Shown here one piece after another: positions 62,531 to 64,000 of a DNA stretch of 64,000 nucleotides. The first letter of the stretch is position 1, and each line of letters starts with the position of its first letter. The DNA is from an uncultured delta proteobacterium (GTDB lineage: Bacteria; Desulfobacterota; Desulfomonilia; Desulfomonilales; Desulfomonilaceae), in contig CAWBKB010000001.1 of NCBI GenBank assembly GCA_963789265.1, positions 2,080,001 to 2,144,000 on the forward strand, read 5' to 3'. The position numbers were made by a program, and so were the translations under genes. The notes beneath the pieces are model-generated. The model searched no databases. It worked only from the letters and a program-made list of their open reading frames with translations, and had not been told where the DNA came from.

Positions 62531-63367
62531 TTACTGGATTACCTGAACAGTGTACCCGAACTTCTCACCATTCTCCTGACGGTATTCGACCTTGACCTTT
62601 TCGCCCACAGCGGGTCGCCGGAAAGGTATGAACTTGGTCTTCAATCCGACACGGATATTTATAACCTCAGCGGCCTCTCCTTCCCCTGTGGTCCTTATGG
62701 AGAGGCTCTTTGGAGAAGAGGCCACGACTTCTCCGTTCAAAGTCTTGTACTTTTGCTCTTCTGTCGGCGGTTGCTCTTTGGCCGCTCCTTTCCCTTCGGG
62801 TGCGGTCTTGGTTACCGGGGGCTTCACTGCCTCTTTGTGCACGGCTGCGCGCTTCTTGGCAGCAGGAACCGGCTTCGGGACTTTCGGGGGAGCAACGGCA
62901 TGTTTGCGGGGAGACCAGGCTTTCTCAGTGACATAAGCAGGGGGCTTGGTAGAACAGACGGCCTTGGGTGACGGACAGGGTGTAACTGTGCTGGTTCCTT
63001 CCCTCACGGTCCTGCAAACCGATGTGCTGGGAGGAGGCGGGGGATAGCACCTGACTGAACCCGGATGCGGGGACAGGCCGACGACCTTGGTCGCCTTCAT
63101 ATACCCATCCTCGAGAATGAAATCAACGGCCACGCGCTCGCCAATGCAAGGCCGATGGTTCGGGATGTACTTCGTCCGCCAGCCTACGTTGACCTCCGCG
63201 CATTGTCTGCCGGATTTGACAGTCATGCTGCGCCAGCCATTGTCAATGACGGTACCTTTGAAGGTGCAAATTCGGTAGGCTTTTACCGGTGGAACAGCAA
63301 AGCATAAAAGGATAAGGGCAGCCGAGATTAGCACGACTCGGGCTGAAACGAAATACTTCCCAGACAT
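62531..63367 (-). CDS. Exported protein with two OB-like (DUF5666-like) domains and a Pro/Lys linker
   Basis: Signal peptide; internal duplication VG..TK(Y/F)IP..RP..GE.V.V. Confidence 0.75.
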   Translation of the reverse strand: MSGKYFVSARVVLISAALILLCFAVPPVKAYRICTFKGTVIDNGWRSMTVKSGRQCAEVNVGWRTKYIPNHRPCIGERVAVDFILEDGYMKATKVVGLSPHPGSVRCYPPPPPSTSVCRTVREGTSTVTPCPSPKAVCSTKPPAYVTEKAWSPRKHAVAPPKVPKPVPAAKKRAAVHKEAVKPPVTKTAPEGKGAAKEQPPTEEQKYKTLNGEVVASSPKSLSIRTTGEGEAAEVINIRVGLKTKFIPFRRPAVGEKVKVEYRQENGEKFGYTVQVIQ

Positions 63368-63613
63368 GGGGGACCTCCTCACTGGGGGGGTAAGGGATTC
63401 GCTTTCAATCAGGACGCCTCCTCGGATAGCTCCGAGAGTCCGGTAGCTTAAAGTTGCCTTTACATAGTAGGTTACATGAAAAAAGTCAAGTAAATTACAA
63501 AGTAAATTATGTTTGATCCTAATTCTACAGAGCATTGTATAGGAAACTACCTGAAAAACCCAACCTTGTCAACCTTCACTCGATATGGTATCAACCGAAA
63601 CTGGAGATTTGAA

Positions 63614-63964
63614 ATGGGAATGTTCCGGGATTCGGGATCCCAGGAAATCGATATAATAAAGGAGATGGCCGAAGGCCTGGGAAGTCAGGGCCTTAAGCTT
63701 GAAGATCTCCTGGAAAAAGCAGGCGAAGCCCGTGAACGCGTGCGCGAAATGCTGCGCTGTCAGCAAGAATCCGTGCCCGGTTTCCGGGGTTTTGACGCCG
63801 CGGTTATTAATGATGCCATCCGCGAGTACAATGGTCTCGTGGACAAGGCTGAGGATGCGCTCAGATGGCTTCTGATTACACGGGAGGCCTGCGGTTTCAG
63901 GACCCATCGAAACGTACACACTCACTATCCGATTCCCTTGAAAATGAAGCTCCTCAAGGCATGA
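63614..63964 (+). CDS. Hypothetical helical protein
   Basis: GGAG RBS; 116 aa; LLITREACGFR. Confidence 0.7.
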   Translation: MGMFRDSGSQEIDIIKEMAEGLGSQGLKLEDLLEKAGEARERVREMLRCQQESVPGFRGFDAAVINDAIREYNGLVDKAEDALRWLLITREACGFRTHRNVHTHYPIPLKMKLLKA

Positions 63965-64000
63965 GCCGCCCCTGTTTGTTCCCAATGGTCCGCTTCACGG

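Noticed and set aside
1..64000. CRISPR array
   Set aside because: No regularly spaced direct repeats seen; the repeats are dispersed palindromes

Overview
Chromosomal window from an anaerobic, Desulfobacterota-like bacterium (an impression from gene content, not a computed assignment). It is mostly housekeeping and metabolic genes. Housekeeping: rpmE, rho, an hda-like gene, recO, a UvrD/PcrA helicase, tRNA-Ser(GCT), rlmB, rpoZ, yicC, dksA, kdsD, glmM and proS. Metabolism and transport: sdh/frdAB-like genes with citrate synthase, rubrerythrin, a glutaconyl-CoA decarboxylase alpha-like carboxyltransferase, a selenocysteine formate dehydrogenase, a GldAFG-like ABC operon, a sigma54-controlled Liv-type ABC plus acyl-CoA ligase operon with its two-component system, and nifUS. 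One intact IS1182-family element is present. About ten genes, including essential proS, carry small indels that look like assembly errors, and several of these fall on GTAC motifs. Three things stand out. (1) A 210-bp non-coding element (40976-41185) with its own sigma70 promoter and a structured RNA, which looks like a transposase-less IS110 derivative (possible orphan bridge RNA) upstream of a sensor kinase. (2) A stand-alone RepB-type primase-polymerase domain fused to a C-terminal Sm/Hfq-like barrel (19829-20974). (3) Many MITE-like elements and REP-like hairpins nested inside one another, including an IS1182-derived MITE and insertions flanked by inverted rather than direct duplications. 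All family assignments come from motif recognition by eye; no searches were run.
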